A DNA stretch of 64,000 bases, from positions 124,001 through 188,000 of the forward strand of contig DF237001.1 in assembly GCA_000708835.1 (NCBI GenBank), given 5' to 3'. The position numbers and the translations under genes are program-made. The notes under the pieces are model-generated. The model made no database searches, was not told where the DNA came from, and saw only the letters and a program-made list of their open reading frames with translations. Shown one piece after another: positions 50,583 to 64,000 of this stretch. The stretch is from Klebsormidium nitens (lineage: Eukaryota > Plantae > Klebsormidiophyceae). How positions within the stretch are numbered: position 1 is the first letter of the stretch; each line of letters opens with the position of its first letter.

Positions 50583-51837
50583 CGGATGTAACTTCTTGAA
50601 ATGTAGTGCATGTAATGTAACATGCACTGTAGATGCGATCCACTCTTCGAAGCGTTTTTGAGTTGATCGACAGACGCTCATAGGTATAAGTATGTATTTA
50701 CGTCGACTGTGACCTTCGTGTAGGGGTTCGGACTGTGGATAACCTGGAGCATTGGTTGCATAAGTTCGTCAACCAAGTCCGCAATCGTCCTAATACTATT
50801 ATAGGATTGGTACGTGCAGTCAAAATTTGGAACTCACTGCTGGCACGAACTTGAAGGGCGTACTTTATCCAGGCTTGCAAGAAGGCTCGGACCAACACTT
50901 GATACTTCACCTCTTGATTGTACGGTCCGCTTTGAGGTCACTAAGCTGATCTGCTCGATCTAGTCATGCAATCTGCATGTCGAAAAAGCAATTTGCATCA
51001 TATGCGTCAATAATTGAACGAGAAGTTAATTAGACTGGTGACATGCTGCCGCCTTGAAATCACCTTGCAACCCTGTTGTTTCGCCTCCAAGGATCGGAAA
51101 CCGAACTGACGTCATTGGCCGCCAACTTTCCGTGAAAAATGCCACAACGCCGGATCGAACCCGATTGAAATGATTGGTCAGCATTAGTGTATACAAACAT
51201 CCGCCGCCTTGCACAAGGTGGGCTTAATCTAAATCACCAAGATAGACTGTTGGTCTATCGTCCAAGTTTTCGAATAGGTAAGTCCAATTCAAGTTTCGCT
51301 GTTCGCCGCGCCGGATTCAAATGTGTGGCGATGATCGATGTGCATAAGGTTAATCTAAGAACCTGATTAAGTCAGACACTTGGAGTTGCAGAAGAGCGCA
51401 CTCAGCAGACATGCAGTCATGCTTTCCGGCCTGGCAAGCTGTTCAGATTGAGTTCAGATTGAACAATGATGCATCAGCCAATCTGTTCGCCACCATCCGA
51501 TGACCAAACGTGCCGATCGACGCCACATATCATTGGAGGCCTGAGCAGTCGTAAGCCTTCAGATGCTTCATCGGACGTGCATCGGACGGCTTTGTCAAGC
51601 TTTGATCTGATTGGCTGAATCACCCGCCAAAACTTCGACTTTGCGCTGCAGCAGCCCCGAGCCGGCCCTCTGCTGATGGCTGCTCAGTGACTTCCAAGAC
51701 TCTAAATTCCCTCCACCTGGCCTCTGCGCATCTGCAAATGTATTTGGGTCCGAGTTCAACTGAATAACGGCTCCAGGACGCCTTGTTCTAGGGCAGGGCG
51801 GCAATTGCTCGTTATAGGTTGACAGACTGCGTCCAAC

Positions 51838-54800
51838 ATGTTTCCATTTCCCTCAAACTACAACATTCCAAGCGGGCGAGCCCTCCAACACCTTTTTGAG
51901 GCTCGACACGGTGCCGCTGTTCAAGAGGAACACTCAGATGCAGACCGTTCTATTGATCGGAAGGCCCTTCTGATACACCTCAAGAGCTGCAAACTTGTCA
52001 GAGACGGGCAGTTAGACCTTGGCAGAGGGGAGGACTTCCAGTATGTGCTCTCAGGCCACGACGCGTTCCAAAACTTTCAGCGCAGTAATTGGGAGTTTCC
52101 TCATGCACACAGGGATCCATATGACACAGATACATTTGGGTTGCTAGCAGACGACAAGAAGCGGGAGCTCAGGGCACAAGCACGTGCTTCCAAGGCCAAG
52201 TACAGAAAGAATTTATTAGAGGAGTACAAAACCGTGTTTGACATCCAGGGTCTGCCGCATGGATGGATGCAGTCAATCGGCAATGCGTTCAGTGAAATTA
52301 GAGACAGCTCCCACAACCAGTGTGGCAAGCCACTCGAGAGAGATCCGAAGCCAACGCCCGAAGGCGGCATTTGGAACCAGCTGAAAAATCTACAGCTGCT
52401 CGCGTGCCTGAAACTAAAGCTTGTCCTGGATGAGCTATTCGAGATCGTCTGCTGCGGGCCGAAGGTGGCGGAGGCGTTTGACGAAGATGATAGTCGGGGT
52501 TCAGTTTGCAAGCACGCCTCCAGGGCCCTCACGCCGTTCCTGCCGCTGTGCTCAAACGTGCAGCTGCGCGAATTGCTGCTCCTATTGGGGGCATGGGATG
52601 AAGGTGAGGACATGAAAGCCTGATCTGATGGCTGCTTTACCAAGATGTTGCAGCTCTCTAGGTCTCTGCCCATGACTTCCAGCGCACCGGTGGTGCAGAA
52701 GCTCTATTAGCTTCTGGGGTTACAAAATTGTTCCAAGTCACACAATGCTGTCTGTCTTCCTGTCAACAGACTAATTAGACTGTGAGAAAATCTCAGTGGC
52801 AAGTGGTCCATTCCAGACTGGTTCGTTCTCTGTCCTCCCTGCGCTTGGTTTCTCAGTTTGTATCATTCACCCCCTCAACATTGAGTTACGGCAAGTTAAA
52901 CCTTGGTGTTCCTTACTCTCACAGAGAAAGCCCCGCCCTTGACTCCCAAGCTCCCCTTTTGAATCTGTCTTGGAAGGCTTTCTGTTGTGCTGCGAGGCCA
53001 ATGCAAAGTAGAAGAAAGTAGAAAAATGTGCAATGTTGAATAGCTCATATATGCAACCTGCCATGCGCAGCTTCTCAGAAAGAGTTGTGAAGGCTCTCTC
53101 CAAGCTCTCCGTGACGTCAATCTCCTTACCCTCTTTCCCCAGGTGAATATGTACGAAACTATGCAAAGGACATGTTTGGTGCTTGGGACATCCCCTCTGA
53201 GTGCCCCTGGTTGTGGGATGTCATTTTAGAAACCACTGCCAATATCAGAGACAAACGTACCGAAGACTATGTTGACGGCCTGACGCCTATCCTCTCACAA
53301 AGCGAGCCTTGGGGGGGCCCAATGCATCAAGAGCATGCATTGGCTTGCGCGGCGTTGCTTTGTCGAGACGACTTTGGCATAGAAATGATTCGAGCTGAGG
53401 AGGGAGAAGAAGGTTACAGGGGGAGAATTGGCTCCAGGTGCTCGAGGAACGCTGCTTTTGTCAGCGAACTGAAAAGGGTGGGGTTGGAAGATGCAGACAA
53501 CTTAGTGATGAAGGTGAGGACAAACTTGCTTTCTGCGCTCAACTTCCTCTTGCTTTTTCATGGTTCAGCAAAGATACAACATATGCAACGGCGAACAAAG
53601 TTTTATGCTGGCACTACGGCTTATAAAGTCTGAAAGCAAATAATTGTGTTACGTCATCAAACAGGTTTGCCTATGTCATGCTTATTCGATGTCCCTCAGT
53701 CCTCCCGGTCCAGTTTGCTTTGCATGCCCTTCATTCGATAACTCCAAGAAATTTTGATTTACTGACAGTCGTTACAAGACCGGACACCTAGGTCCCAGAT
53801 ACTTCAAGTGGCCACGGGCAGTACTTGAACTCTGGTGCTGCCGAAATGAACCATGGCAGCCTTTCTTGCAGGATTTCAAGTAAAACGATCTTGCATTCTG
53901 TTTTACAGGCGGCCAACATGGACGCGTATGCCTTCCAGATGGACGGCAACTACCTGAGTTGGATCGGGGGGTCTTCCCGCTTCCAATGATGCCCGCATCG
54001 CCGCTGCAAAAGCCTCGATCAAGAAAACCTGGGCGAGAGAGGAAGCCCGCCGGCGGTGCATTGCGGAGAATGCGGATCAGGTTCAACGATGGCTTGACGA
54101 AACAGGTGCGAGACTTGAGAACGGGGTATCTAAAGTTTGGGGAGTTTTGAAAGCCTAGTTGTGATGTCAGATGTCATAGCAGCGCTTCCATGGTGCGTTG
54201 AAGAGGTTATGCAGAACCGCAGTAGCAGTTGGACGAGAGAAGGCCTGGAACAATTCGTAGAATCTGCAGTACTCGGGGACTACCTTATCCGTTTGCTTGG
54301 CTTGCAATTAAGAGGACTCAAATCCCCGTTACAGGAGCTGGAGGCAATTCAATCTTTTCTCAGACAATCCAGAGGGCTGCTATTTCTAGTTTCAGCACCT
54401 TTTGGATTCAGACAGTGAAGTCTGGAAAATCTTGAAGGCATTCTCTCCTTGCTGTTCCGAGTCTGCTTCCGGACATCATCTAGCCTGTCCGTTCTCAAAA
54501 GGTCGTGCCTCTCGGTTACTAATCATAAGGATCGCCCCCATTGTCGCATGCTCTCAGGGGGCCTATTTCTTGATTCTGTTGATTTGAGGTCACCGTTGAA
54601 AGGTACATCTACTCTATTGATTCCAGGGGCCTGCCTCAACCACGTCCCTCAATCTAGTCTCGTCGTTCTCGTCAAGACGGATGTGGTCAAATTCTTTTTC
54701 CCGTGTCTTTCCAGGAGGGCATCGTCAAGTCACACCACAGGCCCGCTCAAAAGAAGCCCTCGCGGCCGCTCGAAGGCGCGCCTTCGAAGAAGCTGTAAAC

Positions 54801-56392
54801 CGCCTGCTTACGAAGGAAACGCCAACGGTTGCTGACGTCAGGCGGGAGCTCGCTGCTTACGAGAGCGCGTGCAATGCCCTTGAGGGTAAGTTGTAACTGC
54901 TCAGACCGAGAACCCTTTTCAGGCGGCTGTGTCGCGGCGCCAGAGACGCCCCTAGACGCTCAAAGGTGCAGTTTCAAGCCTAGGGTGGGTTCATTACGTC
55001 GTGGGGTAACGTTTTGTTGGGGGGTGCTTTCGATCTCCTTTGACGGTAGCTCAAGCGCTTGGGTTGTCGCATGTACAGTTTCAGACTCGATTCCGGCTGG
55101 AACCGGTCAAGCTCAGAAACGAAAGCTTGGAACTGGTCTCCGCTGTACTTTCGGCAAGTACGTCTTAGGGATTGTATAAGCCTGAAGTCGTGGTTCGCAC
55201 TCTGCAAATCTGCCCGAACCTTTCTTCTACTCTGTCGGTGCAGCCAGACTTTGCGCACGTCAGGCGCTCTTCGGCAATCGCTTTCCTGCAGACACCGGGT
55301 TTACCACACATCACTTTACGACACCGATTCTAACGTCCCGTTCGGAAGGTTCTTTTGCAATCGCCCGTACCCGCGGTCATGATTGCAAAGCTGACCCTGC
55401 TTCAGGAAGGTGTTGATACACGTTGCTAGTGAGGCGGGTGACATGACCTCGGTATAAAAGCATGGTTCATAACATTCCAATGGTTCTCGTTTGCAGCCAG
55501 CTCTAGCGGAGGGTCCGACCAAGCCGCATCATCGGGCGTGGAGGCGCCGGAAGCGGCCCCACGTGATGTACGGACGCCCAAGGTGTGCGATCACTGTGGG
55601 GAGAGGGCGTCAGACGGGAAAAAGCTCCTGCGCTGTAGCGACTGCCGGAAGGTGGGCCGTTTGGTTCTGCGACGAGAAGGGCGTCAAATACCGAGTACTT
55701 TGTTTTGATATGGCGGCGCGAGTTTGGAGTCTAGAGTTTTGCGGCGACATGTCGAGCTGCGTGCGCGCTTCCTGTTCGGTCAAAGGCGAGGCATCTGGCG
55801 CCGCCCTCTTTTCGAGTTGCCCGATCGCGACCATTATTGTGCTTCGCAGTCCTGCATCAGTCTAAAAAGCGGAGCAACTCTCAGCTGCATTATCGAGCAT
55901 TCCCTCTGTTCAGAAAGTAACGTCCGGACGTCGTCCCTATCAGGCGGCTTGCTTTGATCCCCGTCCCGAGCGTTCCGGGTTAGCCGCTCGGCTTGTTGGC
56001 CGCTCTCGGAATCATCGGATCCGATGAGCCGCGCAGCAGTGTTGCTTTCGTTTCGTCGGCAGTAGGAGTTGGCCTCGAAAGCCCTTTAAATTGAAGGCCC
56101 GTACGACTATTATCGGGGAGCCTTCTTACACTGGTTAATAGTCGGCCAACGAGCAGGCCGGCCAACGAGCAGGAAACGGTCTTATCTCTGACGTCGCACT
56201 CTGACGTCAGCGTTTCACGATCCTGGAGGAGGTCGTCTAAACACGAGAGCTTCTTCCACGATCCGCGCTCATGTCGCATTTTTTGTTTGGAAATTGCAGG
56301 CAAGATACTGCGGGAAGGAATGTCAGGCAGCCGCCTGGCGCTCTGGGGGCCACAGAGAAGCGTGTAAGCGGCAAGCGTCTTCAGCCACTTGA
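51838..56392 (+). CDS. Large helical protein with C-terminal MYND-type zinc finger; apparent +1 frameshift in exon 3
   Basis: Exons 51838-52603, 53143-53513, 53909-54105, 54715-54885, 55497-55651 and 56300-56392. Finger split by the last intron: CDHCGERASDGKKLLRCSDCRK|ARYCGKECQAAAWRSGGHREAC. Exon 3 is 1 nt too long for its flanking phases (G6 run at about 53966-53971). Confidence 0.78.
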
Positions 56393-58181
56393 CTAAACGT
56401 TCGGGTAGGATAATAGTTGGGATCTACGTGCTTCAGTGACAGCAAGCTTGATACTCACCATGTTGCTCAAATTTGGGAATTAGATGTACATAAGGCTTAA
56501 TGATGAGAGACGAGGGTGGGGTATAACACGTCATTGCTAAGAGCTCCATATGGTCCTTTTGTCATATCGATCAAGCTCGACACAATTATAAACCGGCCAT
56601 GCACACTCGCCATGCGTTCGATGTTCCAATGTATGGCTTCATTGAGACTTCGGCCAAGCCTTCTCGCAACCGTTGGGCAATGACTCTCGATGAAATTGGA
56701 ATGCAACTTTTACTATGGCTGCGCTGGTCTTCAATTCTCATGTACGATATAGCGCGGCTTGCAGTACGTTGCATAGTAGAATATGATATGTTCGAGTGAT
56801 GGTCTCGTCTTTATCGAAATCTGTTAATGATGCAGCCTGTCCCTATGCATGGCAAATTTACGCCCAAGTGTACTACACGCTGGCATGGAAACTAAAAGGC
56901 CATCACGATCCCATATAACTTTACGAGAAACAATTATCAGGTGTCCATACCGTTCTCTGTAGAGGCTCTCCTTACCCGCGTCCTCTCTGAACCAACAGAT
57001 GAAATATTCAGGTTTGTCTTACACAACCGCACAGCCTGCTTTCATGTTGCTGCACTCTTCTGCAGCGGTTGAAATAAGTTAACAGCCAAAGAAGCCACGG
57101 TCGCGCACGTGTGCGCGTCAGGTTGGATATTTCGTTCGACGCAACACGAGTAGGACCTTGGAAGTGCTATTGCTACCGACAGCCGCTCCAAGTATTGCTG
57201 CCTTCACGGCAGACTGATTGAACCACTGAACTTTTCAAAGCAACACTTGTGTCCCAACGCCGTGAATTTGGACACGCGGCACGATCCTATGCGCTCTTGG
57301 TGCCGTGTACCTCGTCCAGCATCTCGTGCAGCTTCTTGTAGGCAAGATTCTCGAGGCCGTTCACAGGCGGAACGCACAATTCTGAGATGGCCGAAACGCT
57401 GTCACAGCCGTCCGATCGTCACCTAATGAAGCCAGTCTGAGAGTGCACTTGGGCGTTAGCTGCTATCGACCAGGACCGGACTCTTAAGCTTGGGCCTCCT
57501 CTCTTGCGCTGGAAAGGGCGAATCGTAGCCGTCAAGTTGTTGACGTTGACAAGATGGACGATGATGACAGCCTGGTCGCTTGTCCCCCAGACATTTCGAG
57601 ATTGTGCGTTCCGCCTGTTCAGCTGCCGAGGCGTCTGCAAATCAACGGTCAAGACGACGTTAAGATTTCTCCACAAGTATGCTGCGAAGATGAAATCCAA
57701 TTCCGAGAATGCGTAGGTTGGAAGCCTGGTGCGTTTTTAGTTCAGTGATCTGAAAAGGGTGGCCACAGCACCGCTTGCTCATTTCAAACGACTCCGCTTA
57801 AGCAAGAAGGAACTTGCGCGCACGCAAGCTTTCCGAAGTCGTAGCTTCATTTGGTATGGTCAGGCCGGTTTGGAGCAGATTCTCAGAGTAACTTGACTGC
57901 TTCACCATTCGAAGGTATTCTGGGAGAACAACAACAAGAGGATTTGCGAAAAAGTAGTTCACTTGCGAGAATCGCCAGCTCCTTCAGCTTATCTTCGAGT
58001 CGAAAATCCAGACCTTTTTAGGCTGGTCCTCGTTTCTGTTCGGTAACGTTGCTGCTCGGTAACAATCAAAATCAGTGCGACAAAATGATCAACTCAAGAG
58101 GGAGCCAGCGAAGGCGGAGAATCCAAGAAACTAGGTGTGCGAGATTACCAGGTCCTTGAGTCTGTCTTCGTTGATGTCCAG

Positions 58182-59682
58182 CGCCTGCGGCTGCTCATTG
58201 GACGGCCTGCGGGGCCACAGTGTGCTTCAACGGGGGGCTGTGCCAGGCCCTCAAGTGTGTTTGCCCCTTCGGGTTTAATGGTTCGGATTGCTCGCAGCCA
58301 GGTGGGTCGACGAAGCACAGACATAATCGCCACAATCTTTCACGCTTGAATCCTTGAAAAATCTGTAGCTGAGCTGAGGGCTTTTTGTCATGTCCGGATG
58401 GAGAGCGTTGCTATGATGAGCATAACATTCAGGCTCTATCTGAGAACCATTGGATGGTTGACTCGAGTGACTCTGGAGCACAAAAGGAGCTTTTCAGTCA
58501 GCTCGTGCGAGTGCATATGCCTTCGACTAGGCTCTATACTAGCTATCCCAACGTTGAAGTCCCTCTAATTCCCCCGCTGCTTTATACATCATTTCTCTCT
58601 TTCCCGCAGATACATCCACGAGTACGTATACAGACCATCCAGCCAGGCTTTGAAAGGACTGCCCAAATCAGATACGAAGCAATTTCGTTTGGTTCCTTTT
58701 CTTTGCAGTGAGCAGCGCGGCGGCAGCTGCTGCCACAAGCGGGACGTCAGTCATCAGCCCAGGGCCGACCCTCCTTGCGGGTGATACGGGTGGCGGTGGC
58801 ACAAAGGTTAGGCAGGAACCGCATGATTTCTGTTGTTTGATCAACTCTGCCAGCTTTTGCATTTTGCTCGAAACGTCTTTGAACCTTGTAATCCCGGACC
58901 GAGGTTTGGATAGCGCCTCTGTACTGTTCGAACCTTCTTCCGATCCTTATCGTCCATGTGAGAACGCCAATATCTTGCTGGTTGTGCTTCGAACAGCTGC
59001 CTGGCTTTCCCGAGCGGTTCCCGTCCCCAACGAGACCCTACGCTCAGGCAGATTGCATCACGTCAGCAGCACGATTCAGACCTCGGACAACGCTGCTGCT
59101 GACGCTGTTCAATGCTGACGCAGTGGTACGTCATACTGTTCGTGGTGGCGGGCGGGATAGCGCTCGTTGCCCTCGGTCTTGGCGTTGTGGTTGTACTTCG
59201 GCGGCGGAGGCAGGACAAGCAGACAATGCGCCAATTCCAGGAGCTTGTGAAGCAGAACTCAGTCTCCGAAGGGCAGGTATGTGGGTTGGTAAGAGAAACC
59301 TCGTCTCGACACATTACGTCGAGTTTTGGCCCGTCCTTTCGACCCGCACTGCCAGTTTAGTTGGGACCCGTTTCCGGTTACATTTGCTGCTCGAATCTTG
59401 TGCAGCGTTGCATTGGTTTGTTGGTTGGACCCAAAGATCAAGGGCGTTTGGGTGTCGGGCTTTGTGTTGACGTGTGGGGATGCCAAGTCTGACATTCCAA
59501 AATTGTTCGGGGCGTTGTTAGACAAGCGTGCATGATGCTTCTGCTGAGATTAACGGCTTAGGTGTGGTGATCAAATGTTGTGGATGTGGCTCAAAAGGGT
59601 TCGCAAGGCTTTCAATCAGCAGAGTGCGAGTCTGACAATCAATCTGGTATTCCAGGGGCATGACGAGGAAGCAAACCCGTGA
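58182..59682 (+). CDS. Single-pass membrane protein with one EGF-like domain, Ser/Ala/Gly stalk, TM helix and short tail; N-terminal exon(s) unresolved, last exon tentative
   Basis: In-phase exons 58182-58301 (CGATVCFNGGLCQALKCVCPFGFNGSDC, canonical 6-Cys EGF spacing), 58709-58806 (stalk), 59124-59276 (WYVILFVVAGGIALVALGLGVVVVL followed by RRRR) and tentative 59656-59682. Confidence 0.72.
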
Positions 59683-60913
59683 CGGAAGAACCGTGATTGC
59701 GCCACTGCATAAGTGGCAGACTGCTGGTTTAGCAAGCGGCAGCGAAATTGGGTCAAAAGCAAACTTGAAGTGCGTTGTAAAGCCTTCAGCTCCTCAAGCT
59801 GAAGACGCACATTTAATCAAATGTCAACTTGAACTTAGTACGTACAAACGACAAATCAAGAGAATTCTAATTGCACTACGAATAAAAACATTTATATTAC
59901 TTGTCTATATAATAGCGACACATGTTGCGAAGTCCTTATTTTTGAGATTGATAGCAGGCCAGGGTTCTTCAAGAGTCACCGAAGTTGAGTTCATGGACCA
60001 TTGGCACCTATCATGGGTTGATAACCTGGGATGTGACTCGGAGACTGTGGGCAGTACTTTTCCAGAATAGCAGTCTGGTGTGCATGATGAGCGGCTCGGA
60101 TGTGAATGCAGGTAGCTGACTCTCCTACAGTAATTTACCAGCCTTCATTGGCACACCTATCTGCCAAATCAAGCAAGAGAGCTAGGCCCTGCAAGCGCCC
60201 GCGAATTGTCGTTTGCAAGGAGGCCGCACGCGGCCGCGATTGCCAAACATGAAAGTCGGAATCCGGACTCATGCAATCCTGCCGCCTTGGCCGACAAAAC
60301 ATGGCATGACGGTGACTGTACGAGCCGGGCCGCACAGCATGAGAAAGCACCACAGTGCATAACTGCAGCAGCCATTTTAATGATGCACCTTCCGTAATAT
60401 ATCATCATGTCAAGAACACAAGCCGATGGGACGCAAGTTCGGGCTCTCTGTCCTGAGTCTGGAGTGCACATGATTCTTAATGTCGGCGCGTCCGCGGTAT
60501 CCATGTAGAGTACTTAGCATTGATATCATATGCAGCCTAAATAAGTTTTCGAGCTTGTGTATCTGAAAGTAAAACCAAACGAGTGACCTACAAAGTAACG
60601 GACCATTCAGAGGAGAGTCATTACAGCCCCTTGACAGGCCCACAACAGGCTTGCCAACTGCAGGATCATGCATGCTGACGAGCACGGGAGCGAATCGAGT
60701 CCGCACCCGTCGATCATGTACCACAGGGAACCCAAGCCTGACTGTTGAGCGGTTCAGATCCTTGATACAGTTCGATGCATGTCCGAACAATTTCAAGTCG
60801 GTAAATGCAATTTTCGACCTTCAAAATGCTTTGGAAAGACTCATAATAACTTCGTGCCACTGTTTCACCACGGCCGATTCGACGCCGCGAAGCTCTCGCA
60901 CTTCGGTCCTACT

Positions 60914-63900
60914 TCATTGAGTTCGTTTCTTACTCCACTGGTAGTTCAAGAGCTCAGCGTTCTCGTCTGACTGCGCTTGCGAATCTTCCAGCTCCGTGAT
61001 CTTGGCGCTGCCTGTGTATGGTCTCATGAACTTACTATCATCGTAATCGAAGAGCGGTTTCATTTGGGGCCTGTTTTTCCTTACACCAAACCGCGTGAAC
61101 GTTGGCAATGGATCTTCACCGCACTCTCCTGTCGCCGGTGCTTCGTAAGCTTGGCTGACCTTGGACGACTGCTGCAAAAAAAGTGTATGTATCGAGCCTG
61201 AGAAAACTCTTGATACATACCGGGCAACAATTCTTTGACAAAGGAGTGATCAGCATTTGGCCTAATGAGCCAGGCGCAGCCGATTTGCACTTTAAGCGCC
61301 AAAGCGCGAACCCTTTGTCGCTAACACGCTAGTAAAGGAGACTCTGCTCCTTTCCCCAAACTTGCCAAGCACGCAAAAAGTTTGAAACAGGAGCTTGACT
61401 TCTTTCGTAAGCATTTACGTAAGCAGCACACGTACGTGTTGTTCATCCGTCTCCCGCTCGTGACTGCGCCTGAGGGGCAAGCCACCCCTCCCGAACGCGG
61501 CAGCGGCTCGCGGCATGCGTTCCGCAGGCGAAGGCTTGGCCGGGGGGCTCGCGAGAGGCAGCGCGCTTTTCCTGTATGGGCCTTTCGGAGTCCAGTGATG
61601 TGTCCGGATGTCCATTCGCTGGCGGCCTGGGAGAAGCGCCGCAGGGTGGGGCGGTGCGGTTCCCCGGTCACTCTGCTGGGAACGGAGGTGATTTGAGGTT
61701 CTGGTTAAGTGGTGGCCTTAACCAGGAGAGGCAACGGGGGAGAGCTATGGAAAAGCAGGCAACTCAAGGGAGCAGGAGGAATCTCTTGTGAGAGCAACGT
61801 TTATACTTAGAACCGCTTTCTTGAAACTACACAGCCACGACCTCGCTCGCAACTTGTGGAGCGACTCGCGGATGTATTGTAGGGACACTTACCTGAGGAA
61901 GTTCTCGTCCCGGACGAGAGTAGTCGTCGGCTTCTTCGTTCAAGCTCGCCTCAAAGCATGCCGAGATCTGAGTGATCCTGCAGAAGAAAATCGGGTCGCG
62001 TCTGGTCCTGACAGCGCTTTTCTGCAAGATTCCATTCTCCAAGAACCCGACCAGTATCAGGTAAGCGTCTCCACCAGATCGAGGGAGAAAAGTTGTTTTG
62101 AGATTGCCAACGACATTCCAACCACCATGCTAGGCAATGCAGCACCCACTCGTGGACTTTGGCGCGCTGCTCCAACCGATTGCACTGGGCCCGCTTCTGC
62201 TTGATTCTGTTGTCCAACATCCAGTTCTCGTCTGCAACCAAAGCCAACATGCTTAATGAATCTCAAAATAATCCCTGCAAGATTTCATGCCATTACTGCT
62301 ACGGCCAGCGGTCTTGCTTGGATCGAGACCTTGCAACAATTCAGCATATTTAAAAGGACGTGAAATCAAGTGAGATACAACCCTGGAAGGCTCACTCGTT
62401 ATCTTTGGTAGCTGCGCTTCGAGGCCCGCAGTGCAATCGCTGAGGGTCGCTATCTCGTCCTCTACCGCATCAAGTTCAGCCACCAACCTGTGAAATAAGC
62501 AGAACAATCTGAAGTTTTGCTGGAGCGCCTTGACCAGGACAACACGCTTCAGCAGTGCACCGCAGGGCGTTCACGTCATCCTTCGGTTTGCAGGTCATAG
62601 GCAAACTTACTAAACACAGCACAATGCTTCGAAAATCTTCCGAGTACACCATTGCAGTTGTTTCAGGTGTTACCTTCTGAGAGTCTGGTCACGCTCATGT
62701 GCTACGGTTTCTTTGGCAATGCGCTCGGCCCTGACTTTGGCTGCAGCTAATGTCCGTTCGGCAGTCTTCACGTTAAGGTTCAGACCTGAAGAGACACGAT
62801 GCGTCTGCAATTGACCTTCTTCATGCTGTTCTTCTAGTTGAGTTCTGTGAACTACAAGAATCCATCCGTGACATGAACTTGTCACTCGAATTTGTCATTG
62901 ATCGGATAGGACCTGCAGAACCTGGTGTGGAAATTAAGGACAGTTGCCAAAGATCTTACCTTCTCTTTTGTCCCGCAAACGAGTTACAGCCGATTTCTTC
63001 GTCCTCACTCGATTTGCATCTTGCTCTTTTTGGAGCTCAGTCTCTGCGGAAACCTTGTCGATGCTTTTCTGCAACTGGTTGCAGGCTTGCTCGAAGCCCT
63101 TCCGCTCTTTAGCTAGATCAACCTTTAGCTGGGCTTTATGAAAAGACTTGCAAAAGTCAATGAATTCCTGCCTGCACAGGACGGATGACAAAAAATGAAC
63201 ACAACTTTTCACGGACTTCTGTCGCTACATATCCAATCAATCTCCTTGCAGGTCTGCTTCGACGACAATCAAAACATAAGAAACTGATGTGCTTTGCTGA
63301 TAGGAGTCTGTTTGCATGCGGCGTCAACTTACTCACCTCTGTTTTTCTAAAAGCTCTTGCTTCTCGTCTTTGATACGCTTTGCCAGCAGAATCTCTTCGT
63401 CTAGTCTGTTTTTCTCCTTCTTTAGAGCTTCTGCAACAAAAATATTCCACGCCATTCCAAAATTACCATCAAAGAATAACCTGTTTGCTGCTCATCTGGT
63501 TCTTGTCGAGGAAACAACCGAAACATTGTCAGAGAATCAGCTTCGTCTCACATCCTCAGAAAATTCAAGAGAGTGAATCTGATCGAAAATGCACATCATT
63601 CTGGTTTCCCTGAATATTGATCGCAGGTTGGGTGTCCGAAGCTCAGAAAGTGTGATTGCTGAGTGTTCCTTACGTTTCAGGTTCTCAAAGTCTTCTGCTT
63701 GTGTTGCAAAGGTGCAATGCTCTCTGAGCAAACTTTGCTCCTCATCTTCCCAGCTTCGCACTTCGTCCTCACAGAGGACGATTGAGGACTCGATCTCTCG
63801 AGTCTTTCCAATTTCGTACGTTATACTTGCGTCCACCTGCAATGGAGAAAAGAATGAGCATAACATTCAGAAGAAGCCCAACGCACTGTCTGATTGAGAC

Positions 63901-64000
63901 TGAATTTCAAGCATTGCTTCTCAGCGTTCCTTGCTGAGATTCCTCTTTCAAACAAGGTGCAGCTGATTGCCCCAAATCAAACCATCTGATGCATGTTGCT
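60914..64000 (-). CDS. Coiled-coil protein of unknown function; 5' end beyond the right edge, 3' end tentative
   Basis: Nine consecutive phase-consistent exons: about 63962-63887, 63836-63674, 63430-63337, 63171-62960, 62851-62674, 62487-62396, 62231-62150, 61977-61893, 61171-60914. E/K/Q-rich heptad-like sequence such as ALKKEKNRLDEEILLAKRIKDEKQELLEKQ. Confidence 0.72.

Noticed and set aside
50735-50910. Interrupted plus-strand frame with faint HMG-box-like W..L....R.YF..A.K.R pattern
   Set aside because: Short, contains a stop, has no splice or start support, and the similarity is within chance.
61701-61725. 9-bp stem hairpin ctggttaag/cttaaccag; similar taacc/ggtta words in tyrosinase introns
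   Set aside because: Too short to distinguish from chance without a genome-wide count.

Overview
Eukaryotic, intron-rich nuclear DNA of roughly balanced GC content. The gene content (ELIPs, DUF1995, DUF179, a cyanobacterial-type NFACT/RqcH) and a TTTTAGGG-type telomeric relic fit a streptophyte green alga such as Klebsormidium; this is inference. The ORF track is mostly uninformative because the genes are spliced, so I rebuilt 12 gene models by hand and checked splice phases. In order: DJ-1/PfpI isocyanide-hydratase-like gene (-, runs off the left edge); 13-exon fungal-type tyrosinase (+) with a frameshift and an in-frame TAG; a degraded inverted copy of two RqcH exons; DUF1995 plastid protein (-); NFACT/RqcH (+); a small secreted Cys-rich SH3b-like protein (-); two divergent ELIP-family genes; DUF179 (-); a membrane protein with a large acidic ectodomain (+); a MYND-finger protein (+) with a 1-nt frameshift; an EGF-stalk-TM protein (+); and a coiled-coil protein (-, runs off the right edge). 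Introns hold MITE-like and other dispersed repeats. The most notable items are the stand-alone SH3b-like peptide with a 6-Cys loop insertion, recurrent tandem copies of splice junctions that form decoy acceptors, and several microbial-type genes. No rRNA, tRNA or CRISPR array was found. Family names come from recalled motifs, not from database searches.
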